A DNA stretch of 64,000 bases, taken from assembly GCF_006345805.1 (NCBI RefSeq), contig NC_042999.1:42904001-42968000 (forward strand), given 5' to 3'. The translations under genes were made by a program, and so were the position numbers. Below the pieces are notes generated by a model, which ran no database searches, was not told the DNA's origin, and was given only the letters and a program-made list of their open reading frames with translations. Positions 26,351 through 37,445 of the stretch are shown one piece after another (within the stretch, counting starts at the first letter, position 1; the number at the start of each line of letters is the position of its first letter). The stretch is from Octopus sinensis. Taxonomy: Eukaryota.

Positions 26351-27128
26351 GAAATTGAAGAGACATACATAACTATTCTTTGGGGGAAATCACGGGACGA
26401 TAATGTCTTATCCTAGTCGATTGTCCCAGATTTCAAAAGGGACGAGAAATCGTTGGCAATGAATCTACCTCTCATCTCAAATTATTTGAGAGTGGTGAAA
26501 TCTCGAGTTACTCACTTTCTCGAAAGTAACAGCCTGCATATTCTCAACCAGCTGGAATCTGCAGTGACAGAGACTGCCTATCACAGCTCCTGCTTCACTT
26601 TAATGACATGCTGAAGGCTCTGGGAGAGGTCTCCAAGTTTCAATGCAGATGTCATATACCTTAACTTCAGCAAGTTGACCACAGCATCCTATTAAAGAAA
26701 CTATCCTACATTCCCTCGAGTCCGAGGGAAACTTAAAGCGGATTGAACTGAACGTTTACTGATGAACAGAACCCAGCAAGTGATGATCGATGGTGTTCCA
26801 TCAAGCTCAGCAAGTTATCAGTGGGGTTCTACAAGGCACTATATCGGGACTACTCCTTTATATTATTTACATCAATGACATCATGACTTCATCGAACACA
26901 GCAGTATTAGAATTTTCGCAGATGACGAAACTTCTGAAGATCGTCGACAGGGTAAGAGATAGGGCAAATCTCCATTCGGATCTGCTCGTTTTTACCCAAT
27001 GGGCAAGAAAACAAATGCTAAACGAGTATAAATTTGAATTAATCCACATCGGTAAAGAGGCTGCACTTAAACTAGCATACACGCTACGCTGTGGCAAAAA
27101 TCTCCTGGTACCAAACACCGCAAGTCAT

Positions 27129-27684
<556 letters not shown>

Positions 27685-27732
27685 ACCATTTCGGAGTAAC
27701 TGTCAACAACTTAAGCTGGAGTGCCCACATAA

Positions 27733-28085
27733 ACAACAAAGTCGATATATATTTCTTTACTACCCACAAGGGGCTAAACACAGAGGGGACAAACAAGGAC
27801 AAGACAAACGGATTAAGTCGATTACATCGACCCCAGTGCGTAACTGGTACTTAATTTATCGACCCTTTCAGAACGTAACGGCAGACGAAATACGGCTACG
27901 CATTTCGCCCGGTGTGCTAACGTTTCTGCCAGCTCACCGCCTTAACAAAGTCGATATAACCCTCAGGGCGTGCTCCTACAACAAAGTCGATATAACCCTC
28001 AGGGCGTGCTCCTACAACAAAGTCGATATAACCCTCAGGGCGTGCTCCTACAACAAAGTCGATATAACCCTCAGGGCGTGCTCCT
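27733..28085. repeat. Perfect 36-bp tandem repeat (4 units; the first is split by a SINE)
   Basis: Unit ACAACAAAGTCGATATAACCCTCAGGGCGTGCTCCT, derived from the CR1 coding sequence. Confidence 0.92.
27750..27943 (-). mobile_element. Internally deleted Deu/Nin-type SINE with 15-bp TSD
   Basis: TSD AACAAAGTCGATATA at 27735-27749 and 27944-27958; compared with the 55923-56154 copy it lacks the central segment. Confidence 0.9.
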
Positions 28086-28959
28086 GAATCCTCAGGACTT
28101 TTCAGTCTAGAGACGCTCCTATCATTATCCTTTTCTTCTCTACCTTCGCCCGTACTCACCTTGAATACTATTGTCCACTGTACCTGCTGTGCCCCTAAAC
28201 GAAACAGGATGCACCCCAGAGATCGATCACAAGAAACTAGACAACATGGTAGGTCTTGATACTGGGATTATCTCGAGAAGCTCAAACTTTATTCGCTCCA
28301 GCGCTGTCGTGAGAGCTATATCACATGTATGATGTAAAAGATATTCCCAACTACATGTTGTTAACATCAACATTTAAAGTTCACTCAAGGCTTCATCCCC
28401 GTGCCATCCGTCCTTTATAAAGATCATGCTCGCGTCACATCACAACACTAAGAACTATTTTACCTCAAACAGCCCTGATCTGTTCAACGTATGCCAAGCA
28501 CGTAAGAGAAGAAAAAGATCTCATAACATTCAAAACTGTTCTTGGATGAATATCTCCAGCAAATTCCAGAGATACCACCTACATCCAAACATAGCTCTGC
28601 AAACAATAACTCTCTTCAAAAATGGGCTATGTTACTCAAAGAATTTTTATAATATTAAAAATCATTAAACTTTTTCCATGTGGTGCTATTAAGTTTGTCA
28701 TGGCCTTGGCTAATTCTGGCTGAAACTTATATGTTCGTTTTCATATTCAGTTATACTGCAATAATAAAAAAAAACTTTTATATATTAATCTGATGGGTTA
28801 CTCTAAGCTTTTGTAGGGTACAAATTTATCATTAAACAAAAATGTTATTGACAGTGGCTTCGAAGTTTCTGCCAGCTAAACTATCGTCAAACGATGGCTA
28901 AGCTGACCGAAACTTCAAGTTCACTGGCTACACATTCTTGTTTAAGGAAAAAAGATTAT

Positions 28960-29895
28960 ACATATATTGTTATATTTCGGAATGGTCATTTTACCAGTTT
29001 AGCCAATAAAAACACACGCACTATATATTTGGTGTTATTTTGCTTCAGTGTTATTTAATTTTTACATTAATCTTATTTCGGCCAGAGCTCTTTCGTCACA
29101 CTCCTGTGACCGCATCAGTGGTCCTTTGTTTTCTTCTTTCTTATTTGTGTCTCTCCTTACTAACCGTCAGCCGTTTTGTATTTCTATTGTATGTCTTCAT
29201 TTGCGCATGCTTATATTTCTATGTGCGTCTATGTTTATTTAGTGTGTGGGGGGGATGCCTGTAATATTTGTATCTTCTGTTTATATACGTTCATGTAATT
29301 TGTTTTTGTTGTTGTTCTTGTTTATTCTTATTTTGTTCATGTGTTTACATCCACTTATTATTATCATTACATATGCTTGTATGTATGTATGTATAACAAC
29401 AATACTAGTAATAATAATAATAAATCCCCAAAAAATCCTATATAGTTATTTATTTCTATTTGCTTATTTATCTGTGTATTTATTATGTTTTCGGGATCCT
29501 CTACCGTCATATGTTGTGGTGTGTGCTAGTGTTCCATTCTAGTTTCCTATTCAGGCTAGGTTTATTTTCTATTATGTGTGTAGCTTCTGTAATTTGTCTG
29601 ATTGTTGCATCTGTTCTATGTGTGGACAATATTTTAATTTCTATGTTGTTGATTGATCCCCTGTGTTCCTGTTCGGCGTGTTGGTACAGAATCGATGAGC
29701 CTTTATTTCCTTGAGTTCTCTCCAATGTCCATTTACCCGCTCTCCCATGCTTCTTGCCGTTTCCCCTACGTATGTCGTTGTCTTGTTACTGCATCGTCCC
29801 TCTATACATCTTATACTAATAGACTACATTTCTGGCTTTACAGTTTGTTTGTGGGCTAAATCTACATACAGTACAGTACTTATCCGTACAGGGGG
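28960..29895 (-). mobile_element. 5'-truncated Penelope-like retroelement (GIY-YIG endonuclease end plus pLTR), probably Neptune-type
   Basis: Minus-strand frameshifted peptide PCTDKYCTVC..NCKARNVVY/SIRC....C....TYVGETARSMGERVNGH..ILYQH...H....IKIL....RQITEATHI...PSLNRKLEW; bounded by TA repeats. Confidence 0.85.
29080..29124 (-). ncRNA. Hammerhead ribozyme-like motif with variant core, in the PLE 3' region
   Basis: GGACCA-CTGATG(CG)-GTCAC-AGGAGT-GTGAC-GAAA-G-AG-CTC-TGGCC: stems I and II form and the site is CUC, but A9 is replaced by CG. Confidence 0.5.
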
Positions 29896-29930
<35 letters not shown>

Positions 29931-29965
29931 TATATACTATACATACATATACATATATATATATC

Positions 29966-30037
<72 letters not shown>

Positions 30038-30217
30038 CGTATGTATTATGCATAAGTATATATGTACTTGTGTAAGTATGTATGTATATATTAATGTATG
30101 TATGTGCAAGTCTAGCTATGTGTATGTGTGTGTGTGGTGTGTGTATGCGTATATTATGTATGCTTGTGTGTATAAAATATAGTATGTATTTACACACAAC
30201 ACACACACATATATTAT

Positions 30218-30253
<36 letters not shown>

Positions 30254-30572
30254 GATATATATATATATATTATATATATATATACTATATATATAGTATA
30301 TATATTATATATATATACTATATATATTATATATATATATATACTATATATATATATATATATTATATATTATATATATTATATATATATATAATAAAAA
30401 GGTATTCACTCGTGAATTTCATCACACACAACATGGACAAAATTTCTCTTAAGAAAAAACATATATTCAAATAACTAAAACACAATATCATGAATAGCGA
30501 TAGCGAAACTGGTCGATATATTAAAAATTATATTAAAACCATGTAAGTGTGCGCATTTTCCTTTTTTAATTT

Positions 30573-30608
<36 letters not shown>

Positions 30609-30693
30609 ATATTATATATATATATATATATAATAACATTATTGGTGAATTGAAGAAATGGAGCTGAACGCAGATTGAACAGAAATCGTTTTA

Positions 30694-30782
30694 TTTCATT
30701 CTACACGTGTTTCGAAAGGCACAAATTACCAAAATCCGATTGAATAATGGGACCATATTGTGTCTTTCTCTTCAGGAAGAAA
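30694..30782 (-). ncRNA. Type I hammerhead ribozyme (left arm of the palindrome)
   Basis: Reverse complement of the 30838-30924 ribozyme; core intact, 2 extra nt in the stem II arm. Confidence 0.8.
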
Positions 30783-30837
30783 AAAGGAAATCCGTTGGAA
30801 AAACAAAAACAGTTTTTTGTTTTTCCAACGGATTTCC

Positions 30838-30924
30838 TTTCTTCCTGAAGAGAAAGACACAATATGGTCCCATTATTCAATCGGATTTTGGTATTGTGCC
30901 TTTCGAAACACGTGTAGAATGAAA
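30838..30924 (+). ncRNA. Type I hammerhead ribozyme with palindromic stem III
   Basis: Stem I TTTCTTC/GAA(T)GAAA; CTGAAGA at 30845-30851; stem II GAAAGACACAATA/TATTGTGCCTTTC (12 of 13 pairs); GAAA at 30905-30908; ACACGTGT palindrome; GUA site cleaving after 30916. Confidence 0.88.
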
Positions 30925-31402
30925 TAAAACGATTTCTGTTCATCTGCGTTCAGCTCCATCTTCATTCACCAATAATGTTTTAATTTCAATTATCCGCACC
31001 AACACGGTTGCACGCCAGATGGTTGTACCTCCAACCTGCTGTTTACTGCTGTGATTTTTGCTACTAAAGTATCGGTTAAACTTTGATTATCTACTACAAG
31101 ATTATTCATCTTTCTATTTCACATAATATATATATATATATATTATATAATATGACTATATATTATATATATATATATACAAAAATCAGAAATGGAGAAA
31201 TACATCTAAATCATAATCAACTACCAGATAATACCCAATCACATACTTTATTGAACCACTACATAAGAACATTACGGTTAAATATAAAAATATAAACAAA
31301 ACAGCGTACATGAATGAGTAATACTGAATGAGTACTTCACTAGCAGTATATTGGATATATGTTTATCCATGGAGGGTTGAATTTGCGACCCCTATCTTAA
31401 TT

Positions 31403-31492
<90 letters not shown>

Positions 31493-32364
31493 AGAACAAT
31501 ACATAAAGTCTAATAACTTAACATTTTACGAGTATAAAAAAAAATTTAATGTCAAATCTGTTAAAGAATAGATACATTTTCTACCTTCGATGGCATAAGA
31601 AACTTCACACAGAGATACGAGGTTTGAAGAAACAATATCTATATGGACTATCTTCTATGACGTACTGTTGATGGAATGTCGTCAAGAATGAAAACTTGCA
31701 GTTGGTGCGTAGGAAAAAAATAAAAAGCGAATGAGGCATCTGAAGAAAGTGTGAGAAGGGTTAAAGGAAAGGAAAGAAACGGAGAGCTTAACGTCACAGT
31801 CAGTTTTTACGTATACAGGCATGTATATGTGTGTATGTTTGTATATGTAGGTATAAGTAGCTGTGTGCGTATGTATGTGTGTGTACGCACGCACACACAC
31901 ATATATATATATATACACCTATATATATATATATATACATATATACATATATATACATATATACATATATACATATATATATGTATATATATATATAAGT
32001 TTGTGTGTATATATGCATATCTATATATATGTATAAATATATATATAGATATGCATATATACACACAAACTTATAATATTATATATAGTATTTCAACAAT
32101 TGAGGTAAAATTAATTAATAATTAATCATTTCACCACGTATTCATATGCAAAGGGACCATTTAAGGCAAATTCATTATTATTATAAAAGGGCTAGTAAAT
32201 AAATTACTTTGCCGCATACTGAACTCGTTAGAAATAGCAGCTAAAAAAAACTTTTTATAAAACTATTTCTAACACTTAGAAAACCTCTCTCATATAGTGT
32301 TTGCTCAATTCAACTCAAGAAAGTATGAGGGTAGAGACATTAAAAAATCAAATGCAAAGGTTAT

Positions 32365-32415
32365 TGAGTACGTACGTTTCAAGATTAGTCAAATCGACCT
32401 TCTCTCATCAGCTCA
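32365..32415 (-). ncRNA. Type I hammerhead ribozyme, tandem copy 1
   Basis: TGAG-CTGATGA-GAGA(AG-GTC-GATTT-GAC-TAA)TCTT-GAAA-CGTACG-TA-CTCA: all core nucleotides present, ACGTACGT palindromic stem III, GUA site. Confidence 0.88.
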
Positions 32416-32921
32416 GAATGCCCTTGTTTGAATTTGAAAACACTGAAAATGGGAGCATACCCTTTCGGCTTGTTATCGCTTCTGAAGATCTGCTCCAAAC
32501 TAACAGTGCCAAAAACTCAAATATGCAAGAGAAAAATTTCTGCTCTCCCCTTTCCACCAGCGTGGGTTAAAATCAGCAAACACTATGCTTTTTTCGGTAA
32601 AATCCGAGACAATTAAGTAGAGAGAGATGAATTATAATTTCAACAATTGAGGGTAAAATTAATTAATTAATTAATCAATTTCACCAAGTATTCAGTATGC
32701 AAGGGACCATTTAAGGCAAATTCAATTATTACATTATATAAAGGGCTTAGTAAAATAAATTACTTTGCCGCATACTGAACTCGTTAGAAATAGCAGCTAA
32801 AAAAAACTTTTTTATAAAACTATTTCTAACACTTAAAGAAAACCTCTCTCATATAGTGTTTGCTCAATTCAACTCAAGAAAGTATGAGGGTATAGACATA
32901 AAAATCAAATGCAAAGGTTAT

Positions 32922-32974
32922 TGAGTACGTACGTTTCAAGATTAGTCAAAATCGACCCTTCTCTCATCAGCTCA
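32922..32974 (-). ncRNA. Type I hammerhead ribozyme, tandem copy 2
   Basis: Same motif as copy 1, with a stem II region 2 nt longer; cleavage sites are 557 nt apart. Confidence 0.88.
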
Positions 32975-33042
32975 GAATGCCCTTGTTGTGAATTGAAACA
33001 CTGAAAATGGGAGCATCCCTTTCGGCTTGTTATCGCTTCTGA

Positions 33043-33081
<39 letters not shown>

Positions 33082-33168
33082 TATATATACATATATACAC
33101 ACACACACACACATATATATACACACACAACATACATACATACTACATACATACATACTACATAATTA

Positions 33169-33206
<38 letters not shown>

Positions 33207-33223
33207 ACACACACCCCACACAT

Positions 33224-33272
<49 letters not shown>

Positions 33273-33274
33273 AA

Positions 33275-33471
33275 CAACAACAATTGAGGAATGGCCTTAA
33301 TAGGCCATTCGACCCCACTAGAAAGAGCAGCCAGGACTCAAACCGCCAAGTAGTAGTAATTCAGAAATTAAGAAATTACTACTCCTTGGCGGTTTGAGTC
33401 CTGGCTGCTCTTTCTAGTGCTCTTTCTAGTGGGTCGAATGGCCTATTAAGGCCATTCCTCAATTGTTGTTG
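33275..33471. repeat. ~197-bp palindrome between TA tracts
   Basis: Arms of ~90 bp with a ~10-nt loop; the right arm has a 12-bp internal duplication (GCTCTTTCTAGT twice); the outer ends CAACAATTGAGG match the terminus of the 32092 unit. Confidence 0.92.
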
Positions 33472-33590
33472 AATTTATATATATAGTCTATGACTATTTT
33501 TTTTTCTTTCTCACTAGACCGCTGGTGGCGAAAAATTTCTATTGAATTTTTTGCTACCCTATATTGATTAATATATATATATATATATAT

Positions 33591-33902
33591 ATCACCGTGA
33601 TCACCGTGACCGACCAGTCTATCAGATGTTGCTACACATCGCTGGTCACAATGCGCTTCGCATTGTTTTAGCCTTCAAATGACGCCACCCCGCTGGCTAA
33701 GCGGGCAGGCCAACAGAAGAAAGAGTGAGAGAAAGTTGTGGCGAAAGAGTACAGCAGGGATCGCCACTACCACCCCCTGCTGGAGCCTCGTGGAGCTTTA
33801 GGTGTTTTCGCTCAATAAACACTCACAACGCCCGGTCTGGGAATCGAAACTACGATCCTACGACCGCGAGTCCGCTGCCCTAACCACTAGGCCATTGCGC
33901 CT

Positions 33903-33904
<2 letters not shown>
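33591..33904 (-). mobile_element. tRNA-derived SINE (third family)
   Basis: Minus-strand head GGAGGCGCAATGGCCTAGTGG (A box)...GTTTCGATTCCC (B box); short tandem 9-bp tail. Confidence 0.85.
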
Positions 33905-33935
<31 letters not shown>

Positions 33936-34344
33936 ACACACACACATATATATATATATATGCGTACACAACACGCGCGCGCATACACATATATATATAT
34001 ATATATATACATGTGTGTTTTTATATGTATATATTTTCTCTTCTATTTTTAATCATTTGAAGTCTCCCTGCAAGGAAAGAAGCTAGTTTCTAACAAAGAT
34101 ACAAACTTCCATCGTTGCAAAGTAAATAACATAATGTCAGGTGCTGAACTTGAGAAATATGTTGCATATTTTTACTGTTTCACATACAGATTATATTTGT
34201 ATTTTTAGCATTAGGCCAAAATTTGCTTTAAAAATTGCAACTCTGATCTAACGACACCGTGAGAAAGCTGGTTTTATCACAAGTTATTCTCCATATTAAG
34301 ATCCATTCTTTTTTTTTTCCTCTTTCCTATCCAGAAGTCCTATG

Positions 34345-34548
34345 CAGCACGGATTTTTTGTCAGTGAACAGGTCGCGGTCTTAAAGCGACGAAAATATTT
34401 TGACAAATTAAACTTTTGTTGAAGTGAATCGAACGGCTTTTGTGTGTTTCTTAAATGGCTTACAAACACCTTCCACGCTGCAATTGTTTTCGTTCCAGCA
34501 CACGATCTCAGATCAAATCACTTGCTATGCAAGTACATCTCCGTAATA
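34345..34548. repeat. Unclassified dispersed repeat (~205 bp); second copy at ~60365-60568
   Basis: The two copies are colinear and highly similar (TGCAGCACGG...GCTATGCAAGTACATCTC). Confidence 0.8.
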
Positions 34549-34874
34549 TCCAGAAGTCTTTTTTTATCTAAAAAAAAAAAAAAAAGGGGCCATGGAAACT
34601 AAGAAAAGTGGATTTTCAGTGCTGAAATTTTAACGATGACTGGACACTAAGCTTTTTTTTTTCGTAGAACACTTCGGAAAATGTGTTTGCTTAATTTGTC
34701 GAGAAACCATTGCCATCAAGAAAGTTTCAAATATTAAAAGGCACTGTGAAACGAAGTTTTTCGCTCGGTGTCCTGAGTTCCTGCTTTATAGTAATTAGTT
34801 TTCCCTAAAGAGCTTAGTTTGAAGAGCCAACGTAGGGTTTTTAATTCTTGCATAAGACGGAATAACAATTGATA

Positions 34875-35264
34875 TCTTTATATATAAAAGTCAAGTTGTG
34901 TCTGTCTCCTACGATTTAGATTCCTAACTACTCCACATTTTGCGGTGCAGTTTAACCAAAACCGGGTATCTTATAGTCGTGATTCATATCGAGCCCTTCT
35001 GGGTATTAGCGCGCGTCTACGATGAGTCTACAATTTTAAAAAAATTTACCATCATTTTCTTCCATTTTAATGCATTTTTCGCTATTATATAAGGGAAGTA
35101 ACTCTCTAAAAATGTCTACGATAAGTCAACGATTTAAAAAAAATTTACCATCATTTTTTTCCCATTTTTAATGCTTTTTTACTATTTTTTGGCTATAGCT
35201 CTCTAAAAATGCTTATATAGTTAATTCCCTTACAAACCCGAGCAACGCCGGGCGATACTGCTAG
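34875..35264 (+). mobile_element. Complete 390-bp non-autonomous Helitron with two ~105-bp internal subrepeats
   Basis: A|TCTTTATATATAAAAG 5' end; CCCGAG-CAACG-CCGGG hairpin; CTAG|T 3' end; inserted between A and T with no TSD. Confidence 0.93.
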
Positions 35265-35572
35265 TCTGCAATAAACTTCTTTTTCTTTGCAAAGAAAGAT
35301 GCTCGTTGCCGAAAGAGCTTTACCGTACTAAGTTTGGGTGAGCTTCGTCCTCAGACCTATTTAGCTATTTCATATAACCGATAGAAGGGTCATCAGAACA
35401 CCGAAATAGATTTTGATTTAAATATTAGACCAAGTGCAGTGAGACGAGTACTTATGTCTTTTTAAATAAGTTTTACAGGTGTCGTAGTACTTCTTGTGTT
35501 GGTATCGTTGCTGGTGTCGTTGTTACCAATGTCTGCGTTGATCGTAAAAGTGAAAATCCTTATGGAGTAAAA

Positions 35573-36095
35573 TGTATGTATGTATGTAAGCATGCATGTA
35601 TGTATGTATGTATGTATGTATGTATGTATGTATGTATGTATGTATGTATGCATGTATGTATGCATGCATGTATGTATGTATGTATGTATGTATGTATGTA
35701 TGTATGTATGCATGTATGTATGCATGCATGTATGTATGTATGTATGTATGTATGTATGTATGTATGTATGCATGTATGTATGTATGTATGTATGCATGCA
35801 TGTATGTATGTATGCATGCATGTATGTATGCATGCATGTATGTACGTATGCATGCATGTATGTATGTATGTATGCATGTATGTATGTATGCATGTATGTA
35901 TGCATGCATGTATGTATGCATGCATGTATGCATGCATGCATGTATGCATGCATGTATGTATGTATGCATGCATGCATGTATGTATGTATGTATATATGCA
36001 TGCATGTATGCATGTATGTATGTATGTATGTATGTATGTATGTATGTATGTATGTATGTATGTATGTATGTATGTATGTATGTGCGTGCATGCGC
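35573..36095. repeat. ~520-bp (TATG)n/(CATG)n microsatellite
   Basis: Directly visible; it accounts for the YVCM/HTYI ORFs. Confidence 0.97.
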
Positions 36096-36789
36096 ACATA
36101 CATATGTCTTTTACTTGTGTCAGTCGTTGAACCGCAGCCGAGCTGGGGCGCCGCTTTGGCGAGTTTACTCGAACAAATCTCCCTTCTATTTAGTTTTTAC
36201 TTTACCAGTCTTTTTTGCCGAACCTTCCACCTCACCCCCTCTCTCTCTCTAGTTCCTTCCCTTATTCTTCAATCCCTCTGCTCCCTACCTCTCTATGTTT
36301 TTCCCATGTGACCGGTGCTCGGCCAAGCATGATCTTTCTTTCTTGGCTTGACCGCCGCTCGCACAACTCCTTATTTTCCTGTCTCCTGATTTTGACCTAT
36401 GTTTGTTGCCGTAAGGCTTCCACTGCAAATGCCAGCTTAACTTAACTTGTCCTTTCAGTCGAAAGACACATGTTGTGATTCTTGCTGTGTGTATTTGTAA
36501 TCGTGTAACTTTTTCTCCATTTTCTCGTGTTTTTTTTTTTGTCAGTGCTGACGCACATATTCGCCCTCTTTCTTCCAAAAATTTAATGCTCTTAGCTTAG
36601 ATATTTGGGGCCTAGCAGTTTTGAGCAGTTTCAAATCTAACAGGCCGAAACTGTACTGATAGTTGGAAGCTTAACTGATGAATAGAAAGCCACGAATGTT
36701 CCGTCCTGCTTTTCCTGTCTGTCCTTGTATCGTCCATCTGTCCGTGTGTCTTCATTGTCGTTCGTTACGTTCTTGTTCTGTTTTTTGAA

Positions 36790-36990
36790 TTTCAAGATGT
36801 GACCGCGTGTGTACCGTTGGCGATTTTTTTTCCTGTCTTCCCTTCTCTGGATCTTTCCTTCTCCTATGTTTCCGACGAAGAGCTCCGCTTGAAACGTTAA
36901 ACCCTTCTTCTTTCCTGAGCGTCCAATGATACTATATTTGTTCCACGTCCTCGCGTTGTTGTGTTTTTTTTTTGTGCTTTCTTGTTTGGA
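36790..36990 (+). mobile_element. Short PLE-type element with a degenerate minimal hammerhead (36868-36902); sister of 49640-49875
   Basis: GTTT-CCGACGA-A-GAGC-TCC-GCTT-GAAA-CGTT-AAAC has a U4-to-C change; it ends in a TA tract. Confidence 0.7.
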
Positions 36991-36993
36991 TTA

Positions 36994-37039
<46 letters not shown>

Positions 37040-37386
37040 AATGGGGAGCAGATAGACAATCGGCAACTGATAAAGGGTGATTCTTTGTATTACTTGTCTT
37101 TTTTTTCTCTCGTTATTTGCATATTTAACTCATTTGTTTTCGTATTTCATGCTGTTTCCTGTTGGTGACGTCCTGTACCCATATATGCATATATATATAT
37201 GTGTGTGTGTATGCATATATATATATATGTGTGTGTGTGTGTGCATGTATACGACGGGCTTCTTTCAGTTTCTGTCTACTCGGTCCGAGGCTATAGTAGA
37301 AGACACTTTCCCAGGGTGTCACGCACGAACCCGGAACTATGTGGTTGGAATGCAAGCTTCTTACCACACAACCACGCCTCTTTCTT

Positions 37387-37445
<59 letters not shown>

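Larger units (their letters stand above)
30635..30979. repeat. ~345-bp near-perfect palindrome with almost no spacer (inverted PLE-type pLTR)
   Basis: The arms are reverse complements around ~30810; the left arm has a few 1-2-nt insertions; the right arm continues as unique sequence to ~31125; TA tracts flank it. Confidence 0.95.
32092..33046 (-). mobile_element. Non-coding tandem (~1.7 units, ~550-bp unit) hammerhead-bearing repeat, PLE pLTR or retrozyme-like
   Basis: Unit starts TTCAACAATTGAGG at 32092 and 32639; both ends abut (TA)n; no meaningful ORF. Confidence 0.8.

Noticed and set aside
27944-28085. 36-bp repeat as a CRISPR direct repeat
   Set aside because: The units are contiguous with no spacers and derive from CR1 coding sequence.
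28861-28918. Imperfect ~58-bp hairpin (GAAGTTTC...GAAACTTC)
   Set aside because: No ribozyme core, TSD or second copy seen; cannot be assigned.
30701-30943. Mirror-image ORFs on both strands
   Set aside because: An artefact of the palindrome; the sequence is explained as ribozyme-bearing pLTR.
33870-33904. tRNA gene
   Set aside because: The A and B boxes belong to a SINE head; there is no acceptor-stem closure, and a SINE body follows.
35335-35400. Minus-strand CTGATGA...GAAG hammerhead-like motif
   Set aside because: GAAA is not intact, and stems I and III cannot be formed convincingly.
36671-36710. CTGATGA...GAAT hammerhead-like motif
   Set aside because: Stem II does not pair (ATAG/CCAC) and GAAA is altered; at best a dead remnant.
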